A stretch of DNA of 63,629 bases, the filler included, from Collodictyon triciliatum (taxonomy: Eukaryota), in NCBI GenBank assembly GCA_043381765.1. It is 7 parts of 7 records of this genome, joined end to end, with 100 filler letters (N's around TTAATTAATTAA, not from the genome) between each part and the next. Parts side by side here need not be neighbours in the genome. Positions count along the whole stretch, not along the records: positions 31,086 to 48,670 come from JBHJMP010002743.1; positions 48,771 to 59,028 come from JBHJMP010002744.1; 5 more parts are not named here. One strand, 5' to 3'. A model generated the notes under the pieces. That model was not told the DNA's origin, did not search any database, and saw only the letters and a list, made by a program, of their open reading frames with translations. A program made the position numbers and the translations under genes. Below, in pieces: positions 38,549-57,802 of the stretch. Each line of letters starts with the position of its first letter. Position 1 is the first letter of the stretch.

Positions 38549-41500
38549 ATGTCCCCTGCCATAACAAATAGAGTCGGTCCGGTCTTGCGGGTGGTTGGCG
38601 AGTATGTAACTCCAGAGGGTTTACTAGGTTTAGCGCTGGCCTATTACTTGGGTAAGACCATGATTCAAGTCATTGATCCTCGTGCAGAGGAGAAAGAAAA
38701 GGCTCAAAAGAACAAAGAGAGGCTGCAGTCAACACTGATGGTTTGTCGCTATGAGACGCTGTTCCTGTTTTCACTGTTTATTTTCTTCTAAATAATGGTT
38801 CCATTTCGTCCCTTAAAATACTATCTAAATAACTCCCAATCCACTATGCTACACGACAGTAGCCAGATTTTAATATTCCAAAAAAAAAATAACACTTCTG
38901 TTAGAAAAGAAACATAAACGTCGACTTCGACTTGGACGAATATGAGTCTCTTATCGCTCAAGATGTCATTAATCCTGACAACATCGAAGTTAAATTCGAA
39001 GGTTTTTTTTAATATATGCACTTATATCAAAAGATTCAATAATTCATCGAATTAATTCCATATCTTAGATTCTTTGCCTTTTTAAAAAAATTCCTTTATT
39101 CCATACAATATATGGTTTCTTATCAGCATGATTCATTCAGAAAATAACTGCATGCGCTTTATTTACAAGAATAAATATTAATTTTGGTCCTTTTTTAATT
39201 GTCCAATTATGCAATGTGGGAAAAAAAAAAGATATTGGAGGATTAGACGAGGTTAAGAGATCTCTATATGAGGTTGTCGTTCTCCCTTTTCTCCATCCCG
39301 AGCTATTTAAGCAAAACAGCTTGTTAAAGCCTCCAAAAGGGATTCTATTTTATGGACCTCCTGGTATTCTCTTTTATTCGACTTTTGTTGGGTGAGTAAA
39401 TTCAATACTAAACCAGATATTTGGCCTCAGGGACTGGAAAAACGATGCTAGCCAAAGCGGTTGCAAAAGAGACGCATGCTACTTTCATAAGTTTGTCTTT
39501 TTGTTGTTGTCTTATGAATTTTGAAGACTCTCTTGATTTAATTTGACCACCCCTCAAATAACGAATCCTCTCTCAAGTCACAAATTTACGAGCTATTTTT
39601 TTAATAGATGTGAAACTATCTATGCTCCAGGATAAATTTTTTGGTATGTGATTCGTGTACATATATATTGAGGTATCATTGATGATTTTTCTTTACCTTT
39701 TTCTTCTTTATATTTTGAGCCTCATAGATCAATTTTTTCTTTCTTTGACCAGGCAATTTGAAAATACTACATAGGTGAGAGCCAAAAACGAGCCAGGGGA
39801 TTGTTCAGCTTGGCGTATAAGATATCTCCATGCATTATCTTTATAGATGAAATTGATAGCTTCCTTCGGTATGTGGAATATATTTACGCTCTATTTGTCC
39901 TATTATAATATCCTGAATTATTATTATTATTATTATCATTATCATCATCATCATAATCATCATCATCATAGTTATCCTTTTATCTTTGCGATTGATTGCT
40001 GCATATTTTTTTAAAAAATTTTTTAGTGAAAGATCATCAAATGAGGATGCCCATCTCAGCAATCTGAAGGCAGAGTTCATGAGGTATACTATTATTTTAT
40101 TTTAACAAAATCAACATGAAACATCGTGATGCAAATTACTGAGATCCAAATCAGTATAATAATTTAATATAATCGATTTTCTGGCAATTCAAAGATGAGA
40201 CTGATGGTTAAGTTTTGTATAGTGCCTGGGATGGATTAGAGACCGATGATTCAAAGTTTGTATCATAGATTGCATCCACTAATATGATATCAAATCTTTA
40301 TCGGACTATCAAAATAAATGGTTTTGAAATCTATATTTTAGCGTAATTCAATAAACGATAATGATGATTAAGGTACGTTATTGTTATTGGAGCAACAAAT
40401 CGGCCGTTCGATGTAGACAGTGCGATTCAGCGGTAATATTGATAACAATCTCAATAGCAACCAAATTTATTTTCTCCATTCAGATTAGTCTCTAATTTTA
40501 CCTATTTTTCAAAAATATTTTTTAAAAAAATCTGCTCCAGTCGCCTCCCTCGCCAATTCCTTATAGAACTTCCAAATGAAGAGCAGAGGAACGTCATATT
40601 CAGAACAGTACAGTCTCACTCTTTCTAGTTGGCTCATTTTCAAGAATCTAAAATCTTTTCATCAGTGTTCTTACGAATAAGTGCTGGTCTGTGTGTCAGT
40701 GTGTGATTTGTCTGTGATTTGTCTGTGTGTTTATTTCGTCTGTGTGATTGTTGTTTGTGATTATTTTGTCTGTGTGATGTGTGATGTGATGCGTGATGTG
40801 ATGTAATGTGATGTGATGTGATGCGTGATGTGATGTGATGTGATGTGATGTGATGTGATGTGATGTGATGTGATGTGATGCGATACGATGCGATGCGATG
40901 TGATGTGTGTATTTTGCCTCAATACTATTTCAATTCTACCCATGCATGCTTTTTTTTTCCTGCCTTTATTCATTCAGAGTTCAACCCATGCATGTTAGAT
41001 TCTCAAGGACCAACACCTATCCAGCGATTTTGACTTTGATCTAGTGGCCAAACAAACCCATGGCTACTCAGGTGTTGAATCATAAGAAACTACGCTCTTC
41101 TTTTCTTCGATAAAAACTTAAACACCGTGACTCTCATCATGGCAATATGCTTTTAATTTACCGTGGGAACATCTCATTAAGGTTCCGATATTAAAGAGCT
41201 TTTGAAATACGCATCACTTGCCACTATTCGTCATGCTGTTGGGAGCTCTGCGACGTCCTCTGCCTCTCCTGTAAATCTCTACGGGAACTAACATTCGCAC
41301 AAAAATGCAAAATGCGACAATATTATTCGCCTTTTGACACATCACCCATCGTGATGCATCCCATTTCCGCATATCAAATCATGCAATCTAATCAGAGGTC
41401 TATATCCCATTTGGACAGGCAATCCCGAGTATTCGCCCGTTGTCGCATTTTGATATATTGCAGTCTCTTCGCCATGTCCCGCCTACTGGTTTGCACCAAC

Positions 41501-41858
41501 CCCTTTCGTGAATATTATTTTAGGAGCTGACGCTGCTTGCTTATCTTTTTTTATTTATCTGCAACCATAATAATAATAAAAAAAAATAAAGGAAAACACG
41601 TAAAACAGATATTATAGTTATCTGTTCAGCATTTCCAATATATAATCCAAGATTGCTATTATCTTTATTATTTTTTTTATATATATAAAGGAACAAAGAG
41701 AGCTGGCGATGAAATTTTCTGAATGTGCTATGGTATGCGTAGGTCAAAGTGCGAAGCTCTATCAGCAGAAGGCTGCACAAGAGAAGCTACGCGAGGTTTC
41801 AAAGTACCAGCCGAATCAGTATGGCAACCGTCCGTCGGATTCTCCGGATATCGATTGA
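38549..41858 (+). CDS. ATAD1: Msp1/ATAD1 membrane-anchored AAA+ ATPase
   Basis: N-terminal TM segment; [103 protein letters not shown]; stop TGA 41856-41858. The start could lie further upstream in the gap. Confidence 0.9.
40934..40996 (-). mobile_element. Ultra-short LINE 3'-end insertion (29 nt) with 17-bp TSD, next to an ATAD1 3' splice site
   Basis: TTCTACCCATGCATGCT (40934-40950) and TTCAACCCATGCATGTT (40980-40996) flank an insert whose reverse complement is CTCTGAATGAATAAAGGCAGG(A)8. Confidence 0.7.
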
Positions 41859-42543
41859 GACTTTGCCACTCGCCCGGTGGCGATAGATGAAGACAGTTTC
41901 TTTTCTTTTGAAATCAAAATAATAAACTGGCATCAAAGACCCCTGCAGTGTCCGCACTATAGATTGTTCTTTGAATACTTATTTACTTTATTTCAATCTA
42001 TGATGCGATTGAACTCTTTCAGGTCTTTTATTTATTTATTTTTGGTACATATTTCTGTATTTTTTTTTAGTTGGGCTGTTTGCGTCCATTTCAGAAATCT
42101 AGTGCGTTATGAATCACATCACAAGAAATAGTAATTTAAAAATATTCGTGAAATAGATAGTAATAATTTACATAAGACCATCCAACAGTATCCAGATTCA
42201 AAGTATAATTAATTAAGTGGTATATTTATTGATTGGGTTTAACCAAGAGAACTCCTATAGAGCTTTATCTGCGTATTAATGGATGCATCTTCTTTCATAT
42301 TTTTTCCCTTACATTCATGATGTTTTTATATTCTCCTTATCTCGCTTTCAATTATGAACAATGAATATCTAAATTGAAAGGAATGTCAACATGTATATAT
42401 GTATAAAAGAAGAACAGTGAATTGTATACGTTTAAAAGAAAAAAGAAAAAAGAAAAAAAAGAGAGAAGATATATGTAGCTCCATGCACACTTTTATATAT
42501 AACATGATAGAATTCAGGGCACTGAATGCACGTACATACGAAA

Positions 42544-48480
<5,937 letters not shown>

Positions 48481-48770
48481 CTGCAGTGTTATATGAACGA
48501 TTAAGGATACAGGTATGCCTTTATTCCTCTATTTCTTTGCCTCTTTTTGTTTTTTGTTGTTGTTTTTTTGTTGTTTTTTGTTGTTTTTTGTTGTTTTTTT
48601 TGTTTTTTTTGTTTTTTTTTGTTTTTTTTGTTTTTTTTTGTTTTTTTGTTGTTTTTTTTGTTTTTTTGTTNNNNNNNNNNNNNNNNNNNNNNNNNNNNNN
48701 NNNNNNNNNNNNNNTTAATTAATTAANNNNNNNNNNNNNNNNNNNNNNNNNNNNNNNNNNNNNNNNNNNN

Positions 48771-48844
<74 letters not shown>

Positions 48845-51294
48845 GCTATTATTATTATTATTGCTATTATTATTATTATTGCTATTGTTATTGTTATTGT
48901 TATTGCTATTGTTATTGTTACCGTCCCACTTCGGTCAAAAATGCGCGCCTCATTTGAACCTAAATATTTAAATATTGCATCCAGTGCCGCCGTGGTGTGG
49001 GGGATAATTAGAAACCACTTCATGTTCACAATACGTGAGTAGAGAAGTGTCGCCTCCCAAAACTTGAGGACATTCCAAATACCAATGTCCAAAAGATGAA
49101 GGAAAAGAAGGATAGAGAAATAGAATCACACGAATAATTACCTGAACCACCCGCTGCAATCAATTCCCCATCGCCTCCATGGCTAAATTGTGCCGAATAA
49201 ACCAAGCAAGCGTCTTCAGTTCCCTTCGACCACGGAATATCCCTTATAAGTCTCCCAGTCCCAAAGTCCCACAACTTAGTTATTACAGGGAATTACTTCT
49301 TTTTTTGTGGATACTGGGCTTGTGATTTGTGTAGCAACATAAAATTTATGTATTGTCATGTTCCAAAAGACTTTAAAGAAGTATATCTGGTGAGATTGTG
49401 TGTAAGATTTATATATTAAACCTGAAGCTGATGGTCTGGTCTCCAACTTCCACTCAGAATTTCAGTGGGAGTAGCATCTACGGCATCACCACATATATGG
49501 GCGCCAAATATGCTTCTAACAGATTGGTCAGTGCGGATATCCCAAATCTAAACAATCAAAACTTTATAAATACACTCAGCGATGGGACAAACTTGTCTTG
49601 GGCTTGAATCTTACTCAAAGTATTCTTAAATGGCATGTGATATTGGAGCAAACACGGTCAGTTCACCTGGATAGTGTCATCCCATCCTCCGCTAATGATC
49701 AGGTTGTCCTGTCTAGGATGGAATTTAAGAGAGAAAACACGGTTTGCGTGTCCCACAGAAGCATCACTCGCTCTATTATAAGCCACACTATTGATTAGCA
49801 TATTTGTACAAAAAAAAAATTAATCCATCTGGTTTGGTTGAAACAATCGAAGGATTAAAAATATATGAATGAAAAATTGGTATACCCGCCCGTCAGAGTA
49901 GATATGAGCTGTTTTGTGGCTTCGTCATAAAGTCTGACCTATTTTAGGACATAAAGAAATAATATATCAGTTTGTTAGAAAAAAATATCAAACCCGATGA
50001 AATACGTCAAATAATCGCATAAATTGTCACGGTAAAAATAAACTTAATTTTATCCATTTTACAGTGTCTGGTACAAACCTTAAAGTCTCTCCCTGCTGTG
50101 CAAAATCGAAGAGCATCTAAAGTATAGTCAATAGCATAGACATTATTTTCGGCTTCATGAATTGTATGCAGGCATTTATTCGATGTAACATGCCAATGGC
50201 GGATGAATCCTTCTGCATCTAATATAGGGGAGAGAAGAGAAAAGACCTAAGCGACGCGTTGCGGTAAAGAAAATAAACATTCTCATATCAAAATATTAGC
50301 CCAAAGAACTTGACACTATGAATAAGAAAGGCATAGGAGATTGCTATGTATACATATAGTAATTTAGATATGATTAATTACATGATGCTAAGAGAATATT
50401 TTTCGTCTTTTGGGACTGATTTGTAGGACGAAATCTTAAATTTGTAACCGGGAGCTTGGAATACTTTCCTATGAACATTTCTCGATGATTAGGCTCTTGA
50501 ATACTTTTGCTGGCAAAAAAAAAAAAAGATGAGGAATAACATCTAAAAGTCACCTGTTGGTGCCAATGCGTATGCCAATCTACCATTAGATGTATGATAA
50601 ACCTTTCATTTGTAATGTTTGCACGTGTTTTATTTAGAAAGAAACATCGGCGGTGGTCATCTTTTTGTAGTAAATTCTTTTACAGGAAGTCGACGTGTAT
50701 GAATGAAAAGCACGTTTTTACCCGCACTACGCAATCACCACACGCTGCTGCAAGAAATTGTCCGTCAGGCGAGTACTTCACTGCAAATATTTCCGATGCG
50801 CTTTCTGATGAGTCACTGCAGTTATGAGAGAAAAGATAGAGCTAAGGATAAGGCTATACATATTGATATTGACGGGAAAATTGAGAAATTTCAATACACA
50901 GAAATAAAATTGAATACTTGAAATTCCATTCGATTTTAAGAGGTGTGTTTTTTTGTTAGAATTTTTTTTCTGACTAAGAAACAATCAATATAAATACACT
51001 ACATAATAATTACCCCATAACACTCTTGGGAATTAAGCGAAGCTTGGCATTTGTGGAATGAGTTGGCTTACGAGCCGAGGATGCTCCTTTACGATTTTAA
51101 TAAATGCATTTATAATCAAAATAATGTCCTTAAAAGATGCAATTATCATTTGCCTTTGATATAACTTTTACCAACTTTAAGAGACAAAATCATGCAGTGG
51201 GCTCAAAACACCAACAGAAGTAGAATAACAAGAATTATAATATGCTGAAACTTTTAGAATGTTGCAATAAGAAAGAAAAATCACCTGAGCTCAT
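48771..51294 (-). CDS. WD40-repeat protein (3' end lost at spacer)
   Basis: IFAVKYSPDGQFLAAACGD, GFIRHWHV, VYAIDY...TAGRDFKVRLYDE, GHANRVFSLKFHP...ISGGWDDTIQIWDIR, LSGSWR...LQLWDFG. Confidence 0.88.
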
Positions 51295-51878
51295 GTCTCA
51301 ACAGAATATTTGCCCCGGATTGAGAGTGTGAAGTGGAGTTAATCAAAACCCTATATATGAAGACCAGCCGCCTTTGTATAAGTTGTGACAAAATATTATC
51401 GTAAAATTGCGTGTTTTTTTTTGTTTTTTGTTTTTTGTTTTTTGTTTTTTGTTTTTTGTTTTTTGTTTTTTGTTTTTTGTTTTTTGTTTTTTGTTTTTTG
51501 TTTTTTGTTTTTTGTTTTTTGTTTTTTGAATTCGCTTTAGTTTCTTATTTCAACAATAAAAAAAAAGTGTCAGAAAAGTGTCTCATTCGAAGGAAAAAAA
51601 GAAAAAAAACGAAACAAAATAAAAATATATAACCAAAAAACAAAGGAAAACAAAGTATATAAAAAGAAAATAAAGGAAAACGAAGAGGTTAATTAGAAAA
51701 GGGGAAATAAAGGAAAACAAACATGTATAAAATGTAATAAAATAAAAAAAAAAAAAAAGAAGGCAAGGCCAGCGGCAAGAAGCTGGGGGCTAAATGCAGG
51801 CGAAATATGTGGCTGTTCGTTCACAAGGGAGTGCACAAAGAGAAGATAACCTTCGTTGTGACAGCAGCAGATTTCAGA

Positions 51879-51900
51879 TGCATCGGCCGGGAATCGAACC
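51879..51900 (-). pseudogene. Isolated 3' fragment of tRNA-Gly (T-loop and acceptor strand)
   Basis: The minus strand reads GGTTCGATTCCCGGCCGATGCA, matching eukaryotic tRNA-Gly 3' ends. No matching 5' half found nearby. Confidence 0.55.
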
Positions 51901-52111
51901 TAGATTTCGCCTCCTCAAGAAACACAACCCCGCGCCTGCCGATCCCACCGCAGCCTTCCTTCGATGGGGTGTGGTTTGAACCGCATCATATCACACAGCC
52001 ACTCTGCCCGTGGGGCTCCGCACACACGAGTTTGGTGTTATTGTTGTTGGGCTGCTTCTAAAAAAAAAAAAAATGATAATAATAATAATTAGCCCGAGTA
52101 GAAGCGCAACG

Positions 52112-53855
52112 ATGCGAGTTGAGACTCACAAGTACAAGAGACTCATCGCCAACTGCTTCGACGTCTCGGAGGGCTCCAGTGTTTTGGGCCGCTTCGACAA
52201 ACTGGCGACCTATTGCGTGGTAAACCCACGTCGGCTGCCTTCTGTATGCGAGGACATCGAGGAGCGACTGCAAAAGTCCATCCGCAAGCGCAAGTACAAG
52301 TAATCTTTCCTATGCTAAACTTTTTCTTTTTCTTTTCCTTTTCTTCTTTTTTTTAAAAATTCTTTTCCTTTTGTCTGTTTTCTTGAATCCTTTGACTAGA
52401 CTTTTTTTTTTTTTTACTGGACTTGAACTAAAAAAAATGTGTTTGTGTTTGGGGCTGTAGTATGCGAGATGCCTTCATCGCGTTGGACTTGATGATGCAC
52501 TTGATCGAAAAGTGCAATCAGTACCTCGGTTTGATGGCCTCGTATCTGTTTCGCATGATCTTCGAAGCCATGAAGACAGGTGACTTGGACATGAAGTGCA
52601 GAGCCACTGATGCGGTACAATATCTTGTCAAATTGCCTCTGATTAAGAATGTTGACGAAAAAGTCCCTCTCTTTTATAACTCGGCGAGTTATCATATGAT
52701 TGATGTCCTTTTTTTTTTCGTTCTTATTTATTGTGCTTGTCATTAAGTTTGCCTATAATATCCTCTCTCTTTTTTCACGGTTAAATAGTTTATTTCATTT
52801 TCTACGTCACCAAATCATCGAGAAAAAGTCCATGAAAGTTATTCCCTTCTTCATTTCTTTCTGGAGTTGTGTACGGATTCTTCTCTTGGTCACCCGCTTT
52901 TACATAGGTTAGGGTCAATTGTTGACTACTTTTTATTGTTTTTATTGTTTTTATTGTTTTTATTGTTTTTATTGTTTTTATTGTTTTTATTGTTTTTATT
53001 GTTTTTATTGTTTTTATTGTTTTTATTGTTTTTTTGTTTTTATTGTTTTTTTGTTTTTATTGTTTTTTTGTTTTTATTGTTTTTATTGTTTTTTTGTTTT
53101 TATTGTTTTTTTGTTTTTATTGTTTTTTTGTTTTTATTGTTTTTTTGTTTTTTTGTTTTTATTGTTTTTATTGTTTTTTTGTTTTTATTGTTTTTTTGTT
53201 TTTATTGTTTTTTTTGTTTTTTTGTTTTTTTGTTTTTTTGTTTTTTTGTTTTTTGTTTTTTCAAAAACTTGATGATAATTTATCCTTAGTGCATACATTT
53301 ATATATTCATATTGATGAAAGATAATCAATCACGTGTGTTTTGAACCTGGTGGATTCTAATCCCCACATTTTCAATTTTTCTGTGCTTCCATTTCCATAT
53401 TTACAAGATCACAACTGACCGGTCTGAAGGCAATTCTGAGATACATTAGAATGGAGGGCAGCGTCGATCAATTTTATAGTGACATCATCCCCGTTCTGCT
53501 TGATATCCAAAAGTATAATTCGAATCACTCGTTATATTGATTATTCATATACAATACTTCTCGGTATCAAAAATAATGGTGATTGTCATCTCTGGTAGAT
53601 AAATATCTGTTTGATATGGTATTATGATCGAATATTCGTCATTCTTTGAAAAATATACATTTGTATAGAAATATGTCAAGTTTTTGAAAAAGAAGTGAGG
53701 TCTTAAAATACATAAACTCTTAAAATAAATTATTAAAAAAATCATGGTTATATTCTTTCATACTTAACAATATCGTTCTAGGTTGTTTTGTTTTGTTTTG
53801 TTTTGTTTTGTTTTGTTTTGTTTTGTTTTGTTTTGTTTTGTTTTGTTTTGTTTTG

Positions 53856-53886
<31 letters not shown>

Positions 53887-56800
53887 GGTGATGTCGCATT
53901 ATAATTAAACAACAACAAACCACCAAAATCCCTACCTAGAGAATCAAATCCCTTGGCAAAGACTCAGCCTAGTGGCTCGAATGATGGACTAGTCGAAGGA
54001 GTTGTTTACACACCCAAAGGGCTTTCTGAGAAAATTCTGTCTGAGATTGCCCTCAGTACAACTGCCGAAAAGTTACATTCCTTTCTGGAGGCTGTATTCG
54101 GGTTGCCACTCAAATATTGAATTGTATTTTAAATATGGGATATGCCCCGAAGGATGTTTTTATTTTTAAAATATACTTTTTTTTTCTTTCAATCCTCTTT
54201 GTTTTTCATTTGCTGGTTTATTGTCTACATTTATGTATTGGTTGATATCACAGTTAAACTGAATATAGTAACATGAATTTTTCTTTTCTTCCTTTTTCCT
54301 TTTCAATGAAATAGATACTTTGATCAGAATGCTGGCTGGGGGAATAACAACTTGTCTGAAGTTTGTCTTTCCATGATTACTAGTTCTGTCAGGGTGGGTT
54401 TATTTCATTTGTTATTTAAAAAATAGCGATACATTCAACATCTCACCATCTAGGACAAAATTGAAAGAAAGAATTTAAAAAAAAAACCGATACATAAACG
54501 GGTGATAAATATTTGCAAAAATATCATAGCAAGAATGCGAGATACTTGTCATTCTTCATTTGATCGCTCGATTGGATTTACATCGTGATAGTCCGATTGC
54601 TCGTATTGGCATATCTAAGGCGATACATCGATCCTTAGAAAAAGTCGAATCTATCCATGTTTCGTCTATTATTCAAACCACTGACGTCTTACTTCGCCAA
54701 TTGCAGCTGTCTATATCCGTAAGTTTTGTAGAATTTGCTGTAAGCGAAAGGAAATCGACTTCGTGTATGAAAAACTCACGCTTACCAATCAATCGATAGC
54801 ATAATGTCCCTACTCTGGCTCGTGAAGAAAAATTATTCCAAGATTTGATCATTTCAAATATAAGTACTTGGAAATTTCACACAGCTACAGCCTCATCATC
54901 ATACGAGTCAGTATGCCCTATACTTGCCTTCGTGCTCATTAATAAAGTTTTTTTTCTATAAACACAGACCGACTATGTTCGCTATCCTCCAATCCTGTTG
55001 ATTTGGATGAGGTCTTCTTTTTCGTGCTCGATCGCATCTCTTTCATGGACAAGCAAAGTTTGGTTGCATCAGGAGTCCTATCTGGCTTTCTGCAAACTGC
55101 ATCAACAATACTGAAACAGTTCCCAACCTACATTCGTGAGAGGCAACCATCGCCCCATATTTATACTGTCGTTTGCAGTATTATCAACACTGCTGATGCA
55201 TGTAAGATTTTTGTTTGTTTATCTTCGGACCCCTATATCGTCTTGAATTATAATTACTCAACAAGTAAAATGACATTAACGCTCTCATGTTGACTTCGAA
55301 TCGAATAAAGGGAAAAAAAAAAACGCTCTCATGTTGAATTGATTAAGGCTATTTGATGAATGTAAAGTATCATGTATATTTATGAAACGGAATCCATCAA
55401 ATAACTATTATAGTATCTCGCTCGTCTGCGTTGAGTATTCTGAGGAATCTATTAACGTCCACTCTTCGAATAATTAAGCAGCGTCCAGCACAATTAACGA
55501 AAGACGATTTCATGGTAATTTACCATTATTGAATCCGTGGCACCATTATGTCATTTAAGAGTTAACCATCTTATTCTTTTTTATCTAAATTCCTTGAGAA
55601 TATTAGTTTTATATAAACACACGAACAATCATGATTACAACCATTTCATTCTTACAATTATAATTCACATTACCATACACCCACGGCTGATGTCTCATGA
55701 ATACTTGGAAATAGTTTGTCATATTATCTCTTCGCGCAATCTTCGAATGTGCTCAAACTGCTTCAAATGTCCCAGAGCATTACGATCTAATTGCTCAAAT
55801 TGTCGCATCTGTTGTCGATATTCTTGACATTCGTGGTGTACTTTTGACTTTTTCATTCATGATGAAGCTCCAGGTTTTGCTTCACTTAATAAATTTTTTT
55901 GTTAGGAAAATTAAAAGATACTCTTGTATCTCACCTCGATACAACTCGGAAGCACCTTCGATTGTGAACTCTTTTTCTTTTTTCTTTTTCTTGTGTTTTC
56001 TTGTGTTTTCTTGTGTGTTCTTGTGTGTTCTTGTGTGTTCTTGTGTTTTCTTGCGTTTTCTTGCGTTTTCTTGTGTTTTCATGTGTTTTCATGTGTTTTC
56101 TTTTGTGAGAAATCATCGTATTAATCCCTTTTGTTCTTTTTTTTTTTTACCAAATCAGACATCCGCCATTCAATCAGGAAATATGTCTATTTTTCAACGA
56201 AACGCATTTCACTGTCTCGTTGCCAGCTATATTTGGCATATTGGACAAATCACGTCAGTCCGTGTTTTTGTTGATTATTCTATGAATGTGAGTTTACTTT
56301 ACATTTCAATCATTTATTTGATAATGCATATATTAATCGAACTTTCTCCATAAGACAATATTAAGGTTATTTTATTTTATTTTTAAATAAGCCTCCTTGT
56401 TGTTAATTTTTATAAAGGTAGTAAATGCACGCCGCGAAAATCACCAGATCAGCAAAGATATTTGGGTCGAAAATGGCTTATTTTCTGTGAATCAAATGTC
56501 AAAAAATAGGTTTTATTTTACTTATTTTCTCTCTTTATTCTTTGTTTCCTTTTCGTTGAATATTATTTATTATTATTTCGCTCCGCGTATGGATTGTGTG
56601 TCTAATATGAAAAAAAAAAAACTCGATATACCGCCCTGTAATGCGTAGGAAAATGTATACTCTATCAGTAGAATCCAGCCCCTTTGTTCCATACTCAATC
56701 TTATTCGCTGCTTTCAACAGAGTGACAGACCCTTCATTCACGCCTGTTGGATTCGCCTTTGATTCAACTGTTCTTCAGCAAATCCTTATTGACCAAATCC

Positions 56801-57166
56801 CAAGTCTATCCTCAGAAATTCCACAAGGCCGCTCTGCTCTCAATGGGTCAGCGTCAGAGAATGACATGCTCGAAATCCTAGCCCAGAGACACGGTTTGTT
56901 TGCAACATTATAAGCGCCCGTTGCTTTCGCGAAACAACACATCAATCCTTCATTCTTAAATGCCACTCTTCAATCACAGCTAAACCCGAGATTGATACCA
57001 CCGTCAAGAACATTATTCGCAATGTTTCGAGAAACAGCTTGAACGACCAGAGAGAGGCAAACGAGACCACACCTGTGATTCGCCCATTTGCATCTCTTGA
57101 CTCAGCCATACGTATTTTATAATCCATCTCAACTGAAAATTTATGTAAAATATGTGTTTGTATCTA

Positions 57167-57249
<83 letters not shown>

Positions 57250-57563
57250 AATTAAGTGAAAGAATCCCATAAGGAAAAGGAAAAAGAAACTCGCCACTGA
57301 CAATCATTCGCCTCCCCAAATGATTTTTCTATCTTTAACCATGAATAGTGTCCCCGAAACCGAGTGTCGAAGTCGGATGCCCGAGTTACGAGCGGATTCT
57401 CTCCAACGTCGCAGCCTACGGTCAGGACCGTCTCAAGTCCACACCCGATTTATCTGCCTTCGTCGCTGGTCTGCAGCGCCCCACAAACCCCGCCATTCCC
57501 ACAGCCCCTCCGAGCAATCAATTGTTTTGGAAGGACACCATATTTGCGGATCTTTTGTTCTAA
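52112..57563 (+). CDS. EFR3: EFR3-family armadillo-like protein (PI4K plasma-membrane scaffold)
   Basis: HKYKRLIANCF...FDKLATYCVVNPRRLPSVCEDIEERL; LIEKCNQYLGLMA; CRATDAFISFS; LTGLKAI; YFDQNAGW; RNAFHCLVASYI; canonical introns. Confidence 0.8.
54427..54495 (+). mobile_element. Second copy of the family-2 short retroposed insertion, in an EFR3 intron
   Basis: AACATCTCACCATCTAGGACAAAATTGAAAGAAAGAATTT(A)10 flanked by CGATACAT repeats (54427-54434, 54488-54495). Confidence 0.65.
55278..55337 (+). mobile_element. Ultra-short LINE 3'-end insertion (19 nt + poly-A) with perfect 16-bp TSD, in an EFR3 intron
   Basis: AACGCTCTCATGTTGA (55278-55293) + CTTCGAATCGAATAAAGGG(A)n + AACGCTCTCATGTTGA (55322-55337). 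Confidence 0.88.
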
Positions 57564-57802
57564 GCGCCGCGCCTTCAAACATTCGAGAAATGATTATCTT
57601 CTTTCTCTGGGGATAAAATAAAATAAATTGAGACAAGCAGAAATATTTCTACGCTTTATGGCTAGCATATTTTTTTGTTGCATCTATTTCACGAATAGGC
57701 TGCTGGCAACGTACACCATTTGCACAGACAAAGGGACACAAGGTATCTTGGAACGATGCCAGGAACCGCGAGAATAATGAATGTGCCCGGCGCTCCGGAA
57801 GC

